The notes below the pieces were generated by a model. It was not told where the DNA came from. It worked only from the letters and a program-made list of their open reading frames with translations, and made no database searches. A DNA stretch of 53,421 nt, the filler included, from Squatina squatina (taxonomy: Eukaryota), in assembly GCA_031763465.1 (NCBI GenBank). It is 2 parts of 2 records of this genome, joined end to end, with 100 filler letters (N's around TTAATTAATTAA, not from the genome) between each part and the next. Parts side by side here need not be neighbours in the genome. Positions count along the whole stretch, not along the records: positions 1 to 24,821 come from JARFOE010000001.1; 1 more part is not named here. The stretch is one strand, 5' to 3'. Shown here one piece after another: positions 1-13,349 of this stretch (position 1 is the stretch's first letter; each line of letters starts with the position of its first letter). The position numbers were made by a program, and so were the translations under genes.

Positions 1-17
1 AAAAAAGGAAAAACAGT

Positions 18-120
18 CATAGAATCATAGAATCGTACATTCGGCCCATCGTGCCTGTGCCAGCTCTTTGAAAGAGCCATCCAGTTACTCTCACTCCCCT
101 GCTCTTTGCCCATAGCATTT
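18..120 (-). mobile_element. CR1-type LINE 3' tail fragment
   Basis: CATAGAATCATAGAATC terminal repeat followed by CATTCGGCCCATC...CCATAGC. This is the reverse complement of the tail also seen at 9590-9763 and 49062-49158. Confidence 0.65.
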
Positions 121-375
121 GTGAGGTTTCTCAATTTACTAGTGAGTTATTAACAAGTCTCTCAAGCTGGGCCTCAGGCCCATTGTTGGAGCAGAATAGG
201 GGAAGGAACTAACAATCATGCTGTACCTAACCTGGGAGCGCTTGATGCTGAGCGCCTGAAATGAAAAGCATTCTGCTTCTTAGCACTGGCATTCCTCACT
301 CTGCCAAACCTAAATTTCACAATCTTCTTTTTAAAATGTCAGCACTTCTTCATGAACCTGTTCACAGTTCAGATA

Positions 376-481
376 AAGAAAGAAAGACTTGCGTTTCTAT
401 AGCGCCTTTCACAATCTCCAGACGTCTCAAAGCGCTTTACAGCCAATGAAGTACTTTTGGAGCTTAGTCACCGTTGGAATG
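376..481 (-). mobile_element. DeuSINE/SacSINE1-like SINE, 3' end
   Basis: AAGAAAGAAAGACTTGC..ATAGCGCCTTTCAC..AAAGCGCTTTACAGCCAATGAAGTACTT, near-identical to 16416-16530 in this window. Confidence 0.75.
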
Positions 482-1089
482 ATAAAGAATGATAAAGGGA
501 TGATGATAATGAGCCACATCAAGGAATAGTATCACTCATCGCACGTGCTACTTACATTGTGACAATATGAACTGCAGTGCTTTAAAAAATAGATCAAACA
601 CAGTTGACAGGGCGATATGAAGGCTCATTATTATGGTTCAGTCAATGCCCCCTCAAAACTTATTTCAATTTGTCTTTGTGATTTGAATGAGCCAACTATT
701 CATTCTCTTAAGTTATCTCAGAGCTGTACTTTCCAATTAACCTTATCTTATTTGGGAGATAATGCATCATTAAAATGAACTTTCTTTTTTTTTGCCTGAT
801 ATATAGAACACTATGGCTAACAAATTTTCCCCTTTATTGCTTGACTCTTAGCACACAGGAGCTCGTTACTCTATTGCTAATTAGTCATGCTGTCATGTTA
901 GCCAAGGTCCTCCGTGTTTTTTGATTGCTGTTTTGCGAAGAGAATTATAAATATGAATAAGGACTGCTGAAGTGTTTTATGGCACATGGCTTTTATGCTT
1001 TGATATCTGTAACCCTCACTATTTCAGGGACAGATGATCCAAGGTTGCATTTCAGTGAGTGCAAGTAAAATAAATCTTTTCCAGACTCT

Positions 1090-1160
1090 TACCTTTAGCT
1101 GCCTCGGCCCTAAGCTCTGGAATTCCCTTCCCAAATCCCTCGAGCTCACTCTCCTCCTTT
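1090..1160 (+). mobile_element. L2-like LINE 3' fragment, interrupted by a CR1 tail
   Basis: GGCCCTAAGCTCTGGAATTCCCTTCCCAAATCCCT (LWNSLP motif) matches the start of the L2-like tail at 35148. Confidence 0.5.
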
Positions 1161-1745
1161 AACATAGAAACATAGAAAATAGGTGCAGGAGTAGGCCATT
1201 AGGCCCTTCGAGCCTGCACCGCCATTCAATNNNNNNNNNNNNNNNNNNNNNNNNNNNNNNNNNNNNNNNNNNNNNNNNNNNNNNNNNNNNNNNNNNNNNN
1301 NNNNNNNNNNNNNNNNNNNNNNNNNNNNNNCTGTACAGTTGTACTAAGACATCCCTACTTTTATATTCTAACCCCCTTGAAATAAAAGCCAGCATTCCAT
1401 TAGCCTTCCCGATTACCTGCTGTACCTGTATGCTAGCTTTCTATGGTTCATGTACGAGAACCCCCTGCAGTCTTTCTCCATTTAAATAATAATCTGTTTT
1501 ATCATTCTTCCTTCCAAAGTGTACAATGTCACATTTTCCCACATTATACTCCAGTTGCCAACTTTTTGCCCACTCACTTAACCTATCAATATCTCTCTGT
1601 ATCCTCCTCACAGCTTGCCTGCCCACCTACTCTTGTATCATCCGCAAATTTGGCTACAGTACATTCACCTCCTTCCTCAATCATTAATATACATTGTAAA
1701 CAGCTGCGGTCCCAGCACTGACCCCTGTGGCACCCCACTGGTTAC
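1161..1745 (-). mobile_element. CR1 LINE 3' tail and RT-domain fragment (spans a gap)
   Basis: 1161-1230 is the reverse complement of the tail at 14945-15012. 1331-1745 translates to ...IQRDIDRLSEWAKSWQLEYNVGKCDIVHFGRKN... and MLAFISRGLEYKSRDVLVQLY, with GxPQGSVLGP at ~1705-1740. Confidence 0.85.
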
Positions 1746-3454
1746 AGGTTAACTCACATGACACCACCGAACCCCCCCCCCCCACCCACCCACCTCCAAC
1801 CAGCCCGACCAAAATTGTTATCACTAATAAAAGAAAGTGTTCAAAGAAAATGAAAAAAAAATGCACACAATTGTAATTCAGAGCTAATCCTGTTTTTCAG
1901 TTTTCATGTCAGTGAATTATGTCAGGCAATATTCACTCCCTTTGGATTAATTCAACTCATCACTTTATGCATCGAGTAATACAGTAGCTAGTTTTGCGGA
2001 TTTTCTTTTTAAAAAGGGGCTTATTTTACAGGGTTATTAGAGGGTGGAGACGTGAATCTGGCAGGAGAAGGTGACATTGTTTGTGATGTATGAAGGCACA
2101 TCTTGTATATAAATCTGGAATTACACATTTACAGCCGCGCTCGGCTGTGTGTGCTGTGCGCTGCAGTGCTGCAAAAAATAAAATATGACACAGTGCATGA
2201 TACGCAAAGCGAGATAGAAGCTATTAATAATCCAAAGAGTCATTTATCTTGGATGCCTGTTTGTCTTTGTAAATAATGTGATCTGACCGAGGCATACAAA
2301 ACACAATCTCTGGGCAGGTTTAGCCTTCATGTGTAAATATAATGATAAAAAAAAGAAATTGCTTCTTGGGAAAAGTAAAATAAGCAATAGGTTCTTTAAT
2401 ATAATATTCAACGCTCTGGTTCATGGTAGGCCGGGGTTCCACGGGTGCTGGCAGCCGGCCCCCCCTCCCAATGGCCATTCTCCATGTGTGATTCCAGATG
2501 TTGGGTGACAACGCACTATTTGACAGCCAAGTTTGATGCACATGCACACATGCATTTTCCAGTCAGAGTCACTAAGGAGCAGGAACTCTGGCTGAGTTTT
2601 CCCTTCCTCAGCTCAGGGNNNNNNNNNNNNNNNNNNNNNNNNNNNNNNNNNNNNNNNNNNNNNNNNNNNNNNNNNNNNNNNNNNNNNNNNNNNNNNNNNN
2701 NNNNNNNNNNNNNNNNNNGCGGGGGTGGGGGGGGGGCGGGGGTGTGAGGTGGCGAGGCAGGTGGCAGCTTGGCGTAGCGGGGAAGCAACTGCAGCGCTCA
2801 CACACAGGCCTCCAGTTAAAATGGCCGTCCGGCCCCGATGGTGTCAACTGAGCCTGATCTGCGCATTTAAAGAAGGGCTTCGCTGGCTTCCGGCGGACGT
2901 CCGTCTCACACGCTCAGAAAAGCATGCAAAGATTGCCACCCACAGGAAGGTAGTGGGATCGGTGCGGGTAAATCCCATGGGCCATTCTGACTCACCTGCT
3001 TCCCGCTGGCCCCCGAGTTTCGGAGGTCATCTGCCCCTGAAGATTGATACAAGCTGAAAAAGATCCAAAATTGTTGCACAGCGATCTGTTTGAAAAATAT
3101 ATTTATACATAAAAGGCCACATTGTCGCTCGTTTATCCACTTGCAGCACAAAGAGTAATTATTATACCTGATTTTCTTTGGAAATGATTGAATGAGTAAG
3201 TACTATTTCATATTCTGGCACTTAATCCCAAATGGTGTCTGTAGCCTACAACATATCCAATTTAGTGCCACTTAATACTGTCACTAACTGCTCTGAAAGT
3301 TAAATTCCACTCTTCATTATCAAGTCAATCAATCATAGACACAATGAGCTCAGAGAAATAAAATGAGCTCATACTATATTAAGTAATGGTTTCTGGATTG
3401 CTTTTAATATAAATTAGGTTGCACGCAGGATTGTGAGATCTTGCTCTGATCTGC

Positions 3455-3664
3455 CACTTGCCTGCTTGCTCTCACTCTTCCTCTTAGTGCAGTCCCTGCT
3501 CTCGCTCTTCCTCTCAGTGCGGTCCTTGCTCTCGCTCTCGGTCCTGTCCTTGCTCTCTCTCCCAGTGCGGCCCCTGCTCTCGTTCTTGCTCTTGGTGCGG
3601 CCCTTGCTTTTGCTCTCGGTGCGGTCCCTGGTCTCGCTCTCGGTGCTTTCCTTACTCTCGCTCT
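3455..3664. repeat. degenerate minisatellite (GTGCGGTCCCTGCTCTCGCTCT-type units)
   Basis: About 7-8 imperfect 18-30 bp units built on the CTCGCT/CTCTTG hexamer, running into a gap. Confidence 0.8.
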
Positions 3665-3764
3665 NNNNNNNNNNNNNNNNNNNNNNNNNNNNNNNNNNNN
3701 NNNNNNNNNNNNNNNNNNNNNNNNNNNNNNNNNNNNNNNNNNNNNNNNNNNNNNNNNNNNNNNN

Positions 3765-3915
3765 TCAATGGCTCATTTGAAAGACAGCACCTCCAACAGT
3801 TGCAGCACTCCCTCAGAGTGTCAGCCTAGATTTTTGTGCACAAGTCTCTGGAGTGTAGACTTGAACCCACAACCTTCTGACTCAAGAGGTGAGGGTGCTA
3901 TTCACTGAGCCACAG
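3765..3915 (-). mobile_element. DeuSINE/SacSINE1-like SINE, tRNA head and body
   Basis: Reverse complement has box A CTGTGGCTCAGTG and box B GGGTTCAAGTC. Matches 16630-16770. Confidence 0.75.
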
Positions 3916-5989
3916 AACTATTCAGTAGCTGTGAGAAAGAATATCCGACTTTCTTTGAAAGAAGCTGCTCTTTAAATTAGCCCCTCCTTTGAGAGCTGGT
4001 TTTATTTTTTACTTTGTCGTCGACGGATACAAGCTCAGTCGTGTTGATCCCAGTATCTAATTACTACAACACATGTCTTTTGGCACCAGCTGTTGGACCA
4101 GATGTTGTCCTTACGATTAGCTGTGTTTGTTTTATATTGCTTTTACAAACCTTTAATCTTTGATACCCTACAGTATTGAGAATATCTCAGATTCACAACA
4201 GATTGCCAAACATATGTACTCTTTTAAGCTATTTGCTGATGCATTATGTATCAGCCTGTTATAATGTATTCTCCCTATCTACAGTAAAACAGTGGTATCT
4301 TGTTTCTAAATTTTATGAATCTTCCATGCCATTCCTGTGCTCCCAAGATGCAACTGTTGACTATCAGTTGTTGACTGCGCCATCATTTATAAACGTTTGT
4401 ACCCTGATCCCATGCTGTACGTTGCTGCAGTGCAATAAATTTACTAAAACCTCTCTTCCTGTTTGCTTTCAAGGGGCTTGCACACAGCCAACAAAGCCAC
4501 GTGCTAAAAGATAAACAGCCTGTATAATGCAGATTAGATTCAGCTAACAACCAGCATGAAACGAGGTGTCAGAGTGGACTATTACTGGGAATGAAACTGT
4601 TTCCTCGCTTTGCTTATCATCTCCTTTTCCCACCCCTCCAGTTTTGTCCCCTTAGAAACANNNNNNNNNNNNNNNNNNNNNNNNNNNNNNNNNNNNNNNN
4701 NNNNNNNNNNNNNNNNNNNNNNNNNNNNNNNNNNNNNNNNNNNNNNNNNNNNNNNNNNNNCCACCCCCTCACAAAATAGGCCACTGGATCTTTGTCTTTG
4801 TACCAGGGCTGTCATATTTGCCCTTAATGGTTGCCCTGTGTTGGGTGAGGGGAGTCAGTGATGGAGGTTCATGAAAGTCAAATCCTTGTACTTCAGCCAT
4901 GATTGAGAGCCTACTGATCTTCAGGGCTTCTATCTATGGGAAAGCAGCCAATGCTTCTATTCAAAAAACTAATTAACTCAACGTTGCTTTAGGGACTGAA
5001 TAGGCTATGTGAAATGTTAATATATGCAGCTAACAGATAGTCAAATAGTCAATTCTAGTCTCTCTGAATGTTGATTTCACTTCAACCACATAGACAAAGT
5101 TACAGTTTCCATTACTATTAGGTGACAAAAACAAACATTCTATTAGATGAGCAGAATATTTCCATTCACACCATATTTACTTAAGCATTAAAATGGTTCT
5201 CACTCTGTTGGCTTATCCATGCATAAGGGATGATTTGTTCATCAAAAAGGCCTACAGTTACATCAAAAACGGACCCTACTATAATTCATAGGCAGTCTCA
5301 TGGTCCCTAGTTCCTGCCTTGACTGGGCCACTGAAGCATGGGCTCTGTTAGTGTAATTTCCCACATAATTTCCATTAGAAACTGTTATTCAGAAACTGCT
5401 GGAAAGGACATTTGAAAAGGATGACTAGGATTTTACATTTTTTGCTTTCAAGTTCCTTAGCACAGTATTATTCCATTTGTACCAACTTCAGTAACATTCA
5501 TAGTCTGTGCCTCTTTCATCATTAAAGTAGTCAGAATGCACTCTGCACAACGCACTAATGACTATCACATTGCCTTTGTGTTGGTTGCAGACGTAATGAG
5601 GAGATGTTATTGCAGTTCACAGTCTCCTCATCGGGCTTAAGGTGCCTTGTTGTTCTGCCTGGATTGCAGTTTGCATCATGATCATTTTATACTGTAGCCC
5701 ATAAAAGGAGACCTGATTTCACATTTTAAAATGCATAATTTATTTCAATATTGTTTGAGAATCGTCAAAACGCGCAGAAGATTGTAGTTCTAAATGAATT
5801 ACATTCAAATGTCATTATTATTATCGTAATAAGTCATTTTTCCAATTAGGGTGCAAATTGGATTGAAGTTTGAACTCTTCTGCCGAGTATAATGGGCCTT
5901 TAACTATGACCAGGTAATAATAGCATTATAATTGGTTGGGACTGTAATTACATTCAGTATTTAATTCACGTTTCAGCATCTAATCAAAT

Positions 5990-6567
5990 TGTCTGCATGC
6001 TATCGGGGAGGGTTTAAACGAGAATGGCAGGGGGATGGGAACGAGCAGGGAGACAGAGGAGGGGGAAACAAGGATAGAAATGAAAGGCAGAAAAGGAGAA
6101 AGTGGAAGGCAGGGAAAACAAGGGTGAGAAGCAAATAGGGCCACAGTACAAAAAAAGTTACAATTATTAAAAATGTTAAAAAGACAAGTCTAAAGGCATT
6201 ATATCTTAATGCAGGAAGCATTCGCAATAAGATAGACGAATTAACAGTGCAACTAGAACTAAACGGTTATGATATAGTTGCGATTACAGAGACATGGCTG
6301 CAGGGTGACCAAGGCTGGGAACTGGACATCCAAGGGTATTCGACATTTAGGAAGGACAAGCAGAAAGGGAAGGGAGGTGGGACGGCATTGTTAGTAAAGG
6401 ATGAAATCAATGCAATAGTAAGAACGGATATTGGCTCGGGAAATCAATATGTAGAATCAGTCGGGGTGGAGTTAAGAAGCATCAAGGGACAGAAAACCTT
6501 GGTGGGGGTTGTCTATAGGCTGCCAAACGGTAGTGGTAATGTAGGGGATGGCATTAAACAGGAAATT
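5990..6567 (+). mobile_element. CR1 LINE ORF1 end / ORF2 APE endonuclease fragment
   Basis: LKALYLNAGSIRNKIDEL..YDIVAITETWL..GYSTFRKD..KGGGTALLVK..GVVYRLPN are CR1 endonuclease motifs. Confidence 0.9.
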
Positions 6568-8899
6568 NNNNNNNNNNNNNNNNNNNNNNNNNNNNNNNNN
6601 NNNNNNNNNNNNNNNNNNNNNNNNNNNNNNNNNNNNNNNNNNNNNNNNNNNNNNNNNNNNNNNNNNNAAAGGTGTAAGAGTGCCCCTGACCCTCCCCTTT
6701 CACCAGGCCTCGTAAGGAGACCTCGAGCCTCCCCAGCTCCGGGTTTGCCTTTCTCTCTCTCTCTCTCTCTCTGTGCGCTGGCATGGGCTGCTGAAACCCT
6801 TACCCAGCGCTGAGGATATGCCGAAGACCATTCCCTTGGGTTCCCAGCTCTTGTCCGTCAACCCTGACACTGGTCCTGTCGGTTTCAGTTGGGAGACAGT
6901 GTTGTAATATTTAATTGATGCCCAGGAGTTAACACGACTCGGGCCTCACGCTGCAACCCCTGTGGGAGTTGCCCCTCCCCACTCGCTGCCCCGCCCAAAT
7001 GGAATGCCCCACTCCCGCTCCATCGCCAGTAACCACCGAGGCCAATGGCCTTTTCTAATTGGGAGACAACAAAAACTTCTTGATTAGCTCAATAGCAATG
7101 CCAGTGGTACTAAAACTCAAGGTTAGCATGTGGCCTGCATTCACTTGACTGCCCTGTGAGTTGAGGTAATTTCCTGCCATGGAATGCCCCACCCTGGTAC
7201 CAAACTGAAGACTGGTTAAAAAAAAGTGAGAGGAGAAGCAGCAGTAGGTGACGAAGCATCTGTCTAAACTGTGACTCTGGAGTTGGCCCTAATCCCTGTT
7301 GTCTGTAGTAAGTACAAACTAATGAGGCAAAGCAAATTAGATGATATAGAGCTGTCTTGGAGATCCAGTGGCCCTGGTGTTGGGTTTATTTAATTTTATT
7401 GTCTTTGCGTTCAAACATTATGAACTTATAGTTCATCAGCTGCCTTGGAGCAGCTGCGATGACACTCAAGGCAAATGCACCGTTTGCAGGAAGCTTTCTC
7501 ATCAATCAGTGTTTACATTATATCATCTTCAAGCTTCCTCATTAATTTGGATTCTTCTGTCTGTTGTTTCGCTGCTGGGAGTAAAATTAACGAGATTTCC
7601 AATTTCTTAATGGCTGTCTGTTTTAGTGCAGGGCAATGGAAGGTCACAGAGTGTGCTAACAGATACTTCCATTTCAGCCTGATCCACTTTAGGTTTGCAC
7701 GGCCATTTTTATTGTAAAGCACTAAACACAAATGCGGCTTTAAGTGCAGCTGATTAGCATGTGGATAAACGATCCCTTTTATTTTCTCAGGGAGTGGTGA
7801 GAACATGGTTGAGGCGAATAGCAACGATGCACTTGAGGGGAAGTTAGATTAAAACATGAGGGAGAGAGGATTAGGAGGTTATGCTGATTGGGTGAGGTGA
7901 AGAGGGGTGGNNNNNNNNNNNNNNNNNNNNNNNNNNNNNNNNNNNNNNNNNNNNNNNNNNNNNNNNNNNNNNNNNNNNNNNNNNNNNNNNNNNNNNNNNN
8001 NNNNNNNNNNCAACAAGCAAAATCAAATAATTTAGTTCATTCCGACACCTTGAGGGTATAGCAATGAGTTGCAACAGCTGCAGTACGGAAAATTATGAAA
8101 AGAAATTTGTTCAACCGCTCGACAACAAAACACATCTATCCTGTTTGCATCATGTAAGATACTGGCAAAAGATTGCCTTTTCAAATCAGGCGTACAGTGT
8201 ACATCAGGTTTATAGATTTATTTTTTTGGGAACTGTAAATGCTTGCCCAACCTGAAACAATTCATCTGATCCTACATTGGCAGAGTGACATGGTAAACAC
8301 GGCTAGGGCATAAAACAGTTGCAAAGTTTGCTCGTTCAAGAGATTCTGGGTCTTATTATTGAAGGATCACTGACACGACAAAAGTACCAAAACAGAATGT
8401 GCGCGCTTTTGATGTACAAACGATTAGGAATTGAAGAACCTCTCTGCGAGCTGCATTGAAACCCAAGATGGGACGGTTGAAAGAGTTAGAAACACAATGC
8501 AGCAGACGAGCTGTCACAAGGAACCTGATTGAACCCAAGATGGTCTCTTTGGCAGCTGATGTAGCTCGCGATGTTGTGGCACGAGAATCGAAACCAACTT
8601 CAGTCTCCGGGTTTCTTCTGGGCACTGCCTGCAGAGATTGAGCAATGTTCCGACAATTACTGGATAATGCCAGCACTCAGAGTTCACAGTGACTGTATGG
8701 TGTGGGAAGAAAACAACAGCAAGGAAGCTCCAGGAGGGACATTCAGTGCGCGGGGCACTAATTGGTTTCTGAACGGCAGCTTCAAGGTTTNNNNNNNNNN
8801 NNNNNNNNNNNNNNNNNNNNNNNNNNNNNNNNNNNNNNNNNNNNNNNNNNNNNNNNNNNNNNNNNNNNNNNNNNNNNNNNNNNNNNNNNNGACTCCTTT

Positions 8900-9030
8900 T
8901 CCTAATTCTTACCTTCTTAAGGAGTTTCTTCAAGGAGGAGAGAGGTTAGAGAGGTGGAGAGGTTTAGCGAGGGAATTCCAGAGTTTAGGGCTTAAGCAGC
9001 TGAAGGCACGGCCACCAAGGGTAGAGCATT
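8900..9030 (-). mobile_element. L2-like LINE 3' fragment
   Basis: Reverse complement GGTGGCCGTGCCTTCAGCTGCTTAAGCCCTAAACTCTGGAATTCCCTC is homologous to 1090-1160. Confidence 0.55.
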
Positions 9031-9589
9031 AAAAATTGGTGACAAAAAATACGTCTTAAGAACACGTTCACTGTTTCTCCACTGGCACCAATGACAGCAA
9101 CTTCTAGGCTTAAAGGCCTGTTCATGAAGGAGTTGCCTATCCTGATTTATGAACAGTTTAATTGAAAGCTGGAGGCACAAAGAAGAAATTTGACCCCTTG
9201 CCCCCTCGACATGAAACTGTAATGTAGACATTAAGGCATGCAACGGGAACTGTGAAAATCCCGTCATTTTATAATGGCATTCATGTTCTTGTAATTAAAA
9301 TTGTGATTAAAATTGTAACAAACCGGCAATTTATGTGTTGTTAATAATGTAATACCACTTAAAATATAGTGAGTGCTGTAATTGCAAATGATGTACTCCA
9401 TTTATTAATATCAGCAACAGTTAGTGAATGTATTCAAATGATGGTAACGGAGAGAGATTGCAAGCTCAAATGCCAAGGGGTATAAGTCAATCGTTAGGAT
9501 GTTAAGGGTAGGAAGAGACGTTTGGCAACGCGCCTTCAGCTAAAGGGTAATAGAGCTGTTGGATAAAATAGAAGAACATAAAAAATTCC

Positions 9590-9763
9590 AGAGAATCATA
9601 GAATGATACAGCACACAAGGAGGCCATTGGCCCAATAGGCCTGTGCCGGCTGTACGGTTGAGTGATCCATTTAATCCCATTCCCCTGTTCTTTCCCCATA
9701 GCCCTGTAAATTTATTCCTTTCAAGTACTTATCCAATTCTCTTTTGAATGTTACTATCAATCT
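9590..9763 (-). mobile_element. CR1-type LINE 3' end
   Basis: Minus strand gives IVTFKRELDKYLKGINLQGYGE followed by the TTCTATGATTCT tail. Confidence 0.75.
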
Positions 9764-10624
9764 NNNNNNNNNNNNNNNNNNNNNNNNNNNNNNNNNNNNN
9801 NNNNNNNNNNNNNNNNNNNNNNNNNNNNNNNNNNNNNNNNNNNNNNNNNNNNNNNNNNNNNNNTTATGGGGTGTCAGCACAGTTTTCAAGCTTGGATCAT
9901 CACTCATGCCTAGGCAATTTAAAAAGCCAGATCGCAATGACCTCCTGACCCTGGTTGTATCAGTTTAAATGTATTTGCTTCGCCGCAGGACTGCCCAGCA
10001 ATCCCTCAGAGGAAATGAATGTGGGCGTTTTGATAAGACTCAGACAGTGATTCATTTCTTTTTAGCTCCTTCTGTGTGCTGGTGACATTAAAACAACACC
10101 TGCAATTCCTAGACAAATCAGATCTCCTGTCCCAGTCGGTATATTTGCACTTCCTCGAGGATTACAGTGCGAGTTATCTTTAGTATTTGTTTGCTGTTTA
10201 AATAAATCTACACAATAACCACCCCCCCCCCTTTATTAGCAGGCCAGTGGAGTGCAATTTTAACAGTTCCAGCACAGATTTGATGAATTCTGAAGCCAGC
10301 AGCGTAACTAGAGCTCCTCAACTTTCACATGGAGAACGATTTTCCATTAGGTATTTTTGACTGACCTAAAGTAAAGAAAATAATGACTTGCAATGATATA
10401 GCTTCTTTCACAACCTCAGAATCTAATGTGAACAGCTTTTTGGGAGAGAGAGTTCCAGATTTCCACCATCCTTTGTGTGAAGCAGTGGTTCCTGATACTG
10501 CCCCTGAAAGGCCCAGCTCTAAGGCACTTCACAGCCAACATCGAGTTCAACAATTTCAAGCCATAACCTCTGCCCCTATATTTTTCTAAGTTTTAATTTA
10601 GTTATTGTCTGTTCTTGTCTCCCT

Positions 10625-10797
10625 CTAACTGCTGTTGCTGATTTACACCCCAGCTTGACTCATCTTTTATTTCTTAACCTGCCCATTACCATCTCCTTTT
10701 GTCTCGCCCCACTCTTAATATCCCTTAATCTCTTCTGCCTCCCACCCTATCACAGACCTTCCCTTTTGTTCTTTCCTCCCCCTCCCCCCTTTCCCTG
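10625..10797 (+). mobile_element. Penelope-like element 3' region (probable)
   Basis: Pyrimidine-rich CCCACCCTATCACAGACCTTCCCTTTTGTTCTTTCC segment recalled as typical of shark Penelope 3' regions. No coding motif here. Confidence 0.4.
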
Positions 10798-10897
10798 NNN
10801 NNNNNNNNNNNNNNNNNNNNNNNNNNNNNNNNNNNNNNNNNNNNNNNNNNNNNNNNNNNNNNNNNNNNNNNNNNNNNNNNNNNNNNNNNNNNNNNNN

Positions 10898-11078
10898 TCA
10901 TCGCTGGGTCAACATCCTGGAACTCCCTCCCAAACAGCACTGTGGGAGTGCTTTCACCACAAGGACTGCAGCGGTTCAAGAAGGCGGATCACCACCACCT
11001 TCTCAAGGGCTGCTAGTGGTGGGCAATAAATACTGGCCTTGCCGACAGTGACGAACATATCCCGTGAATGAATTAAAA
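10898..11078 (+). mobile_element. LINE 3' end of the L2/CR1-group family also seen at 32860-33255 and 52358-52740
   Basis: TCATCGCTGGGTCAACATCCTGGAACTCCCTCCCAAAC (SWNSLP) is shared with the reverse complement of 26089-26135. Ends GAATGAATTAAAA. Confidence 0.6.
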
Positions 11079-12052
11079 GCAAAGGGAATCCGTTGCTACT
11101 GAGGAGAAAGATGCAGTGGTGTTGCAGAAGACTTTCTGCGCTATCAGAAGAAGAGGGGATAGGCTTAAAGGGAGAAAAGAAGTGCCTTGAAGAGGTGAAC
11201 AATGTGCCGAGGCCTAAAAAAGGGACGGTCTTTGGGACAGAAGAGAAGGGGGTTGTCCACTAGTGGGCACTCTCACCCCAAAAGCGGGTTGAGGGCAAGA
11301 GCAGACCTGCTCGAGGAATAAGTGTTCAGGTTTCCAAGCCCTTGTGCCTGTCCTGCCGATGCAAGGGAGCACAATTTCAGGCTCTGAATTAGCACATGAG
11401 CAGGTGCAGTGGATAGGATATAATTAGATTTTCAGTACAGGATTTCTATAGCCGAAGATAAAAGCTTGCAAAATGAATGGATAATTAACCAACGGAATTG
11501 AAAAGTGTTTTGGGAATAGAAAGCAGGAAGAGGTAATAAATGGGAAAGCGCTGTTAAGGAGCAGCAACTAATGGGTTCTGAAGAGGTCTGTTCTGGGACA
11601 TTTACAGCATTGAGGAATGGAGGGGGACACCTGGGTGCTCACATTCGTTTTTAATTTTTGTGTTATCAAAGGCAAAGGATGTCAGTATTAAGTAATCGAA
11701 CGCTGCTCCGAATTTGGCACCAAGGATAAACACCAAAGCAGTGCTAGGCCAGGTTGAAAGCCAGAGATGTTGGGCCTCAAGCGCCTGTGAGGTTCTGGGC
11801 TTCAGCTTATTGGCCGAGGCAGAGCTCAACCTCAATGGCAATTATCAGGCATGAGTTTAAGATTTTCACACAGGGGAATGCCCCCAACAGGTACAGAGGT
11901 GGACACCGCACCTATTATAGCTTTCTAAGAGGGAAGTGCGTGAGTAGTTTCAGATGTTTAGTTACGCTAAAACATCTGAAAGACAGAGGTCCTTTACCAG
12001 CCTGCCCCCGCTGCACAATAATACCCCCCGACTTATCAAGCTCCATGACAAG

Positions 12053-12630
12053 CCTTGGACAACGTGGACCACTTTCCATATCTTGGGAGCCTCCTCTCAG
12101 TGAGGGCAGACATCAATGATGAAACTCAACACAGCCTGCAGTGTGTCAGCACAGCCTTCGGCCACCTGAGGGAAAGAGTGTTCGAAGACCAAAACCTCAA
12201 ACCCGGCACCAAGCTCATGGTCTACAGAGCAGCAGGCACACCCTCCAGTATGCGTCAGAGACATGGACAATATACAGTAGGCAACTCAAAGCTGGAGAAG
12301 TACCACCAACGTTGCCTCTGCAAAACCCTGCAAATCCACTGGCAAGATAGGCATACAACTGTCAGTGTCCTCTCTCTGGCCAACATCCCCAGCATCGAGG
12401 TACTGACCACGCTCAATCAGCTGTGATGGGCGGGCCAGATCGTCCGCATGCCTGATTCAAGTCTCCCGAAACAAGAACTCTACTCTGAGCTTCGTCACAG
12501 CAAGTGATTACCAGGAGGGCAGAGGAAACACTTCAAGGACGTCCTCAAAGCCGCCCTGAAAAAATGTAGCATCTCGACCGACTCATGGGAATCTCTGGCC
12601 CAAGACTGCCTGAACTGGAGGAGAAGCATC
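12053..12630 (+). mobile_element. RTE-clade (BovB-like) LINE ORF2 C-terminal fragment, decayed
   Basis: VDHFPYLGSLLS..AFGHLRERVF..TKLMVYRA..YASETWT..YHQRCL..LQIHWQD..WAGQIVRMPDSSLPKQ..GGQRKHFKDVLK..WESLAQD, with frameshifts and stops. Confidence 0.85.
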
Positions 12631-13349
12631 NNNNNNNNNNNNNNNNNNNNNNNNNNNNNNNNNNNNNNNNNNNNNNNNNNNNNNNNNNNNNNNNNNNNNN
12701 NNNNNNNNNNNNNNNNNNNNNNNNNNNNNNAGGAGATAAATTGCACAAAATTTTTATTTTTGAAAATTGAAGAAAAAATCTTTTAAAGGACATGTTCTGC
12801 ATACAGCAGGGAAGAGGGCCATTCGGCCCGTGGAGTCATTCTATGATTCTATGATTGCTTATTCAAACCAACATCCTGCTTTGAAGGAACTCCAGGCACT
12901 AGCGTGGTGGTACACATCCACTGGAAACATGTGGCACTTATCCGAGTGAATGTGATGGAATGTGACAAAGGTGTTTGCGAATCAATTTGGGGAACCTCCA
13001 ATTTAATAATGAAACAGATGCCATTGTAAATCAGGGACATCTGCTGTGCTGTTTTGGGAGCAGGGGGAGTCGGAGAGGCGAGCAAAAAGGAAAAAGTCTG
13101 CTTCTCTCAGATTAATAATAATATTTAAAGTGGAATTTTGTCAGAATTTCTTTTCCTTACTGTTGGTGCCATACTTTACACCATTTAGTTACTGCCAATC
13201 ACCCGAGCTAATTCTGCCCCAGAGGCCATTGATCCCAGGTATTAAGTACATCGCACTAATCGACATGATGTGACTGGGCTCGTAAATCTTGTAGACCATG
13301 GTAACCGGTGTAACACAAATGTCATGTTTACTTAGTGGGTTGGCAGAGT

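Noticed and set aside
8356-8790. Several 60-150 aa ORFs in moderately GC-rich unique sequence
   Set aside because: No recognisable motif or consistent splice boundaries in any frame.
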